Shown here in pieces: positions 24,915-29,543 of a stretch of DNA of 29,543 nucleotides. Positions within the stretch are counted from its first letter, which is position 1. Every line of letters begins with the position of its first letter. This DNA is from Deltaproteobacteria bacterium (GTDB lineage Bacteria > Myxococcota_A > UBA9160 > SMWR01). The notes beneath the pieces are model-generated. The model was not told the DNA's origin, made no database searches, and was given only the letters and a program-made list of their open reading frames with translations. The DNA is taken from the NCBI GenBank assembly GCA_032128375.1, contig JAQBGU010000134.1, positions 1 to 29,543 of the forward strand, written 5' to 3'. The translations under genes were made by a program, and so were the position numbers.

Positions 24915-25979
24915 ATGGGAACCATGCGTGATCGAGTCAGCGAGATCGTCGTATGCCTCGGTTACCCGGCGCTGCAGTCGTCTGCACACATCGACCGGAT
25001 TCGAGAGATCGACGACCGCTACGAGCCGGTGGCCCTTCCGGTCGATCCGAATACGGATTGGGTCACCGAGCCGCCCGATCGGCCATTCGCCGAACCGCCG
25101 CCTTGGGCGCTTGGGGTCGCGCAACAGCGCCGCGCCGCGCTATCGAAGGCGGAGGTGTTGATCGCGCTCCACACCTCGCAGGACCTGATGATATTGTGTC
25201 CAGCGTTGCGCTGGGTACAGGGCGTCGGTGCAGGGGTGGAGCAGTTTGCCGCGGCTGGAGTTCGAAGCGACCAGGTCATTGTCACCAACGCATCGGGGAT
25301 CAGCGCAGGGTCGATGGCCGAGTTCGTGATCGGCCGACTGCTGTCGATTTGGAAGCGTCTTCGCGAAGCCGATCAATATCAACAGGCGCACCAATACGTG
25401 CGCACCTACGGCAGAACATTCGCGGGCTCGACCGTGGGAATAGTCGGGATGGGTCACATTGGCGACGCGGTCGGACAGCGGGCCCGCGCGCTCGGGGCAC
25501 GCGTGCTCGGCTTGAAGCGGAGCTATCGCGCAGGCGCGACGTCCGAGTTCGCCGATCAGCTCTTCGGCCCCAGCCAGCTTCACGCAATGCTCGCGAAGTG
25601 CGACGCAGTGGTAATCGCCGCACCCGCCACGGATGAGACGTTTCACATCATCGATGCGGCCGCGTTGGCGGCGATGAGGCGGGGTGCAGTTCTCGTCAAC
25701 GTAGCGCGCGGTTCGCTCGTCGATGAAGCCGCGTTGATCGACGCACTTGGCGGCGAAGGCCTCGCTGCCGCAGTGCTCGACGTATTCGAAACCGAACCAC
25801 TGCCTGAGGCAAGCCCGCTCTGGGACCTGCCAAACGTCTACGTATCCGCCCATTCGTCTGTATCGGTCGACCGATACATGAGTGATGTCTTCGACCTGTT
25901 CGTCGATAACCTCGCCCGTTACGCCCGTGGCGAACCATTGCGGAATCTCGTCGACATGAAGACGCTTGGGTTCCCGTAG
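24915..25979 (+). CDS. D-isomer specific 2-hydroxyacid dehydrogenase
   Basis: RBS AGGAG; GAGVE, TNASG, GIVGMGHIG, NVARG, DVFETEPLP, SAH. Confidence 0.93.
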   Translation: MGTMRDRVSEIVVCLGYPALQSSAHIDRIREIDDRYEPVALPVDPNTDWVTEPPDRPFAEPPPWALGVAQQRRAALSKAEVLIALHTSQDLMILCPALRWVQGVGAGVEQFAAAGVRSDQVIVTNASGISAGSMAEFVIGRLLSIWKRLREADQYQQAHQYVRTYGRTFAGSTVGIVGMGHIGDAVGQRARALGARVLGLKRSYRAGATSEFADQLFGPSQLHAMLAKCDAVVIAAPATDETFHIIDAAALAAMRRGAVLVNVARGSLVDEAALIDALGGEGLAAAVLDVFETEPLPEASPLWDLPNVYVSAHSSVSVDRYMSDVFDLFVDNLARYARGEPLRNLVDMKTLGFP

Positions 25980-26073
25980 ACGGGTTCAGCTGGAGAAATT
26001 CCGGAATGAGATCTTCGAAAACGCGCGTTGAAGCGTGGTACCGTGTCCTCCACGAATCGAAAACGGAGGCCAC

Positions 26074-26460
26074 GTGCTTCGGATCTTTCTCGGCATCAAT
26101 GTGTTGGTCTGGCTCCCCTATGGGATCTTCTGCTTCTTCCAGCCCGCCTATCTGAACGAGGCCGCAGGTCTGGTGGCCGGGAGCACGACCGCGTCTACAG
26201 AGGTTCGCGCGATGTATGGCGGCCTCCAGGCATCGATCGGCTGCTTCGCGTTGGCAGCCCTCGTCCGGCCCCACCTGGTACGATCGGCGCTATTGACCAT
26301 CGCTTTCTTGAGTTGCGGTCTCGCGGCCGGCCGACTCGGCGGCATGTTGGCGGACGGCGGCATCTCGGCATATACCGGCGGCGCGATCGGATTCGAAATC
26401 CTATTGGCATGCTCGTCGTTCTATCTGTTGTCTCGCGACGCGGCCGACGCGACTGCGTAA
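26074..26460 (+). CDS. DUF4345-like membrane protein
   Basis: RBS GGAGG before GTG; EVRAMYGG, GRLGGMLADG; four TM segments. Confidence 0.8.
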   Translation: MLRIFLGINVLVWLPYGIFCFFQPAYLNEAAGLVAGSTTASTEVRAMYGGLQASIGCFALAALVRPHLVRSALLTIAFLSCGLAAGRLGGMLADGGISAYTGGAIGFEILLACSSFYLLSRDAADATA

Positions 26461-26541
26461 GCCCGCGGGCTGGGGCGAATTCTGAGAATTCTTCACGGTC
26501 GTCGCTTGCACGCTAGAGCTGGCGCTCTGCCGCGCAGACTC

Positions 26542-27001
26542 CTAGCTCGAAACGTCGATCGGCTCGTTCGGAGCCCCGCGTTCGAACAGCGCCGCGAGCC
26601 TAGATGCGAGTTCGACCGGTGCGAACGCCTCGTCCGAGCGAGCATCGCCCGCTCGATCAGATCGGGATTGAGGTCGAACACCGGATCGAACTGCTCCGTT
26701 GGAATCCAGAAGTAGCGGTTGTGCTGTTGTATCGGTCGCTTCCCGATGCAGAACTGCACAGATTGGTGCCAGACTTCGGCACCGATCTGAAAGTCGTCGT
26801 GCTTCGCGCAACTCCCGCCGCAGACCGGTCAGCAGGTCTTTAGCCCGGATCCAGGCCACCACCCGGTGTAATCCACAACACCCGGTGCGGGTTGGGAAAT
26901 GTCACCCGCATCAGCAGGATCTGCCGATCGGGTGTGGTCAACAATGCGCGCACGGCGTGCCGATCGATCGTGTGCTCGCCATCTGACTGCGGGGGTCTCA
27001 T
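26542..27001 (-). pseudogene. NUDIX hydrolase pseudogene with several frameshifts
   Basis: Pieces in different frames: RHAVRALL..PDRQILLM...WITPGGGLDPG / LRRELRE / IGAEVWH...QHNRYF / EAFAPVELASRLAALFERGAPNEPIDVSS. Confidence 0.8.
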
Positions 27002-27093
27002 CACGGGCCAGCGTACGGAAGATCGCGCGCGAAGCGGGACCCGTGTGAGCCACGTGATACCTTCGACGCCCACCCACACCGGTTGAGGCCCCG

Positions 27094-27699
27094 ATGACTT
27101 GGAATCTTCGCTCCACCCGATATCTGTACGAAAGCCGCTGGTTCAATGTCCGACAGGACGAACTCACGCTTCCGTCCGGCGACGACATCACCTACACGAC
27201 CGTGGAGCATCCGGGCTACGCGATGATCGTCCCGATCCTCCCAGACGGCCGCGTGGTGATGGAGCGGGTGTACCGCCACAGCTTGAAAACGGCGCTGCTC
27301 GAATGCCCGGCCGGAGGACTCGACGGCGAACCGCCAGCGGTAGCGGCCAGGCGGGAGCTCGAAGAAGAGACCGGCTATCTGGCCGACAACATCGAGCCGC
27401 TGGGTAGCTACTACGGCAGTAGCGGGATGAGTAACGAACGTTTCCACCTGTTTCTGGCTCGAGACGTCACAACCGGTGGCTCAATTTCACTCGAATCGAC
27501 CGAACAGATCGAAGTCGAGTTGTTTCCGCTCGCTGTGTTGGTCGACATGACGCTGTGTGCGCAGTTAAACGATGGGCCGTCTGCCCTCGCGATCCTGTTG
27601 GCGCATGCGCGGTTGCAGTTGGATGTGTCGTATCGGAAGACCGCTGAGCCCCTTTTCGGGGCGGCGGGATCAGACGTCTCGGCAAGTCTGCCCAGTTGA
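27094..27699 (+). CDS. NUDIX hydrolase (ADP-ribose pyrophosphatase-like)
   Basis: VEHPG, YRH, LECPAGGLDGEPPAVAARRELEEETG Nudix box. Confidence 0.9.
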   Translation: MTWNLRSTRYLYESRWFNVRQDELTLPSGDDITYTTVEHPGYAMIVPILPDGRVVMERVYRHSLKTALLECPAGGLDGEPPAVAARRELEEETGYLADNIEPLGSYYGSSGMSNERFHLFLARDVTTGGSISLESTEQIEVELFPLAVLVDMTLCAQLNDGPSALAILLAHARLQLDVSYRKTAEPLFGAAGSDVSASLPS

Positions 27700-27727
27700 C
27701 CTACGCTGATCCCATCAGGAGTCCATT

Positions 27728-28183
27728 GTGATCCACGGAAGTTGCTTGTGCGGCACAGTGAAGTTCGAAATCGATCGCGCCAGCGGGCCGTTCGAACTGT
27801 GCCACTGCAGCCGCTGTCGCAAGACATCCGGGAGTGCATTCGTAGCCGCCATCGGCGTTCAGCCCGGGGATTTCCGGCTGATCTCGGGCCACGACCTGAT
27901 CGTCAGCTACGAAGCGCCCATTCTCGACCGCCCACCCGCGTATCGCACGACCTTTTGCCGACGCTGCGGATCACCGGTTCCCGACCCACTGCCCGGCGAA
28001 AGCGGGTTCGAAATAGCCGCCGGTACGCTCGACGACGACCCGGGGATGCGTCCCGACAAGCACATCTTCGTGGAGTGCGTCCCTGCGTGGAGCGAAATCT
28101 GCGATGAGCTCCCACAGCTCGACAAACGAGCGCTCGTGAAGCTGCGAATCGCGCAACACCAGAAGGACGCGTTCGAGAGCTAG
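27728..28183 (+). CDS. GFA/CENP-V family zinc-binding protein
   Basis: GSCLCG, CHCSRCRK, FCRRCGS, HIFV; RBS AGGAG. Confidence 0.93.
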   Translation: MIHGSCLCGTVKFEIDRASGPFELCHCSRCRKTSGSAFVAAIGVQPGDFRLISGHDLIVSYEAPILDRPPAYRTTFCRRCGSPVPDPLPGESGFEIAAGTLDDDPGMRPDKHIFVECVPAWSEICDELPQLDKRALVKLRIAQHQKDAFES

Positions 28184-29543
28184 CCCTGAAATAAGCGTTC
28201 TTGAGTTGAAATCTTCGGGATCGCGCACCAAGAACTCAGGAAATCTCTCATATTGGGATTTTGCCGCACCTTAGGTGTCTCGAAGGAAGTTGATTTCTGC
28301 TGTGTTTCCGAAGGTTTGTGCGCATCGCCGATTCGCGAGCATTCCTCTCCCTTCGGGTCCGTGCTCCGAGATTTCTCAATTTCGAATTTACGTCTGTAGC
28401 TGCACGTGAGCGTCGATCAGCACGCAGGCAAATCGATGCGCGGGGCTGAATAGTAGCCAACGCTGACGACTGCGATAAATCACTTCCGTCGCGATGTACA
28501 CGAAGGCGCGACGGTAACGCTTCCACTCCCAACGCACGACCTCGGGAGGCAACGAGAGTTGGGCGATCCATTTGCCCAGGTTCCAGGCCAAGCGCCCGAT
28601 CTCGAGCCACGCGCTGTTGCCATCGAACTCGGCCACGGGCATCCGCCACAGCGCCACGCCACTGCCCATCTGCTCGATCACATTCTCCTGGTCGCAGCGC
28701 TGGTAGGTGGCGTCGATCACCTCTGCGGCCGACCAGGACTTCGGCAAGTTCGTCACGACGTAGCGATAGCGATAAAACTCGAACATCGACTCCTGGCCCT
28801 TCGATTCCTCGATGAGCTGGCGACGGAAGATCATGCGGTAGGTCTTCGTTGCGCCCTCGGGTGTCCAGGGAATCTCGGCCACCCACTGTCGCTCGAGCTG
28901 GAGGTTCGTGTAGCCCCGCTCGCGTGCGCGGCGCTTCTTTCGATTGCGTTTCTTGCGACGAGACTGAAAGCCACGGCTTCGGCGCTGGGCTTCCCGTTGC
29001 CGATGGTCTCGTGTCCGGAACGGCTCCCACGCCGACTCCTCGATTGCCTCGGCCCACGAGAGTCGATTCGTGGCTTCCCGCGCGACGAAAGCAAAGAACG
29101 CGCCTTCGGCCTCGCAGGCCTTGCGCACATCCTGGCGATCGAAGTCGCTGTCCGCTCGCACCAGCACGTCCGCGAAGCGCTGCTTCACGCGAGGCAGCGT
29201 CTGTTCCAGCAGCTCTGCGGCTCCGTTGCTCGAACGCAGGTTGCCGGGCCGATTGCGCACGGCCAGACACTCCCCCGGTTCCCGCCAGCGAGGCCAACAA
29301 CACGTTGTACGACCAGCGACCCTGGTAGTCGAAGTCGGCTCCTTCCTTCTGCACCCCGTAGAGGGGCTTGGTGTGACCGTCCAGGTCCACCACCGCCACG
29401 TCCCGCTTCTTTTTTCGCTTCCCGGCCAGCTTCCCCCACACCGCGTCCTGTACCGCATCGGTCGCCGCGCGGAGACCCGACAGCGCCCCGGGATTGCGCC
29501 GCCCATCGAACCGGCGCAGAAAGTCCCCCGCTGTCGTCGGGTC
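28184..29543 (-). mobile_element. IS1380-family insertion sequence (partial; 5' end outside the window)
   Basis: Transposase plus about 200 bp of AT-richer 3' flank ending at CTAG|CCCTGAAATAAGCG. The exact end is inferred. Confidence 0.8.
28388..29543 (-). pseudogene. IS1380-family DDE transposase, frameshifted and partial
   Basis: DPTTAGDFLRRF, VDLDG, G.QKEG, then a shift at the C5 run 29272-29276 into ECLAVRNRPGN, VRADSDF, Y.QRCDQENVIEQ, LAWNL. Confidence 0.88.

Overview
A GC-rich bacterial window that reads like one contig. The gene mix suggests a Myxococcota/deltaproteobacteria-like organism, but this is inference only. The left edge holds a partial PilY1-like vWA adhesin gene that the ORF track misses; its last ~58 codons switch abruptly, in frame, to phage-type family A DNA polymerase sequence. 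Intact genes follow: a PadR regulator, pyrF, two closely related secreted DUF1329-like proteins, a P450 / molybdopterin oxidoreductase / double-EthD cluster, an amidase, a DUF6285-like protein plus APH-type phosphotransferase, a small basic protein heading an ABC pair, a flippase-like membrane protein, a small basic protein overlapping an NYN-LOTUS gene, an atypical Kdo/WaaP-like kinase facing a DUF6077-like membrane protein, a D-2-hydroxyacid dehydrogenase, a DUF4345-like protein, a NUDIX hydrolase and a GFA protein. The right edge is a frameshifted IS1380-family element. About seven decayed genes lie between the intact ones (Rieske, TetR-like, DUF1932 dehydrogenase, homocysteine methyltransferase, VOC, GNAT, NUDIX), along with many short tandem repeats at gene boundaries. 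I saw no rRNA, tRNA or CRISPR array. All family calls come from motifs recognised by eye, not from database searches.
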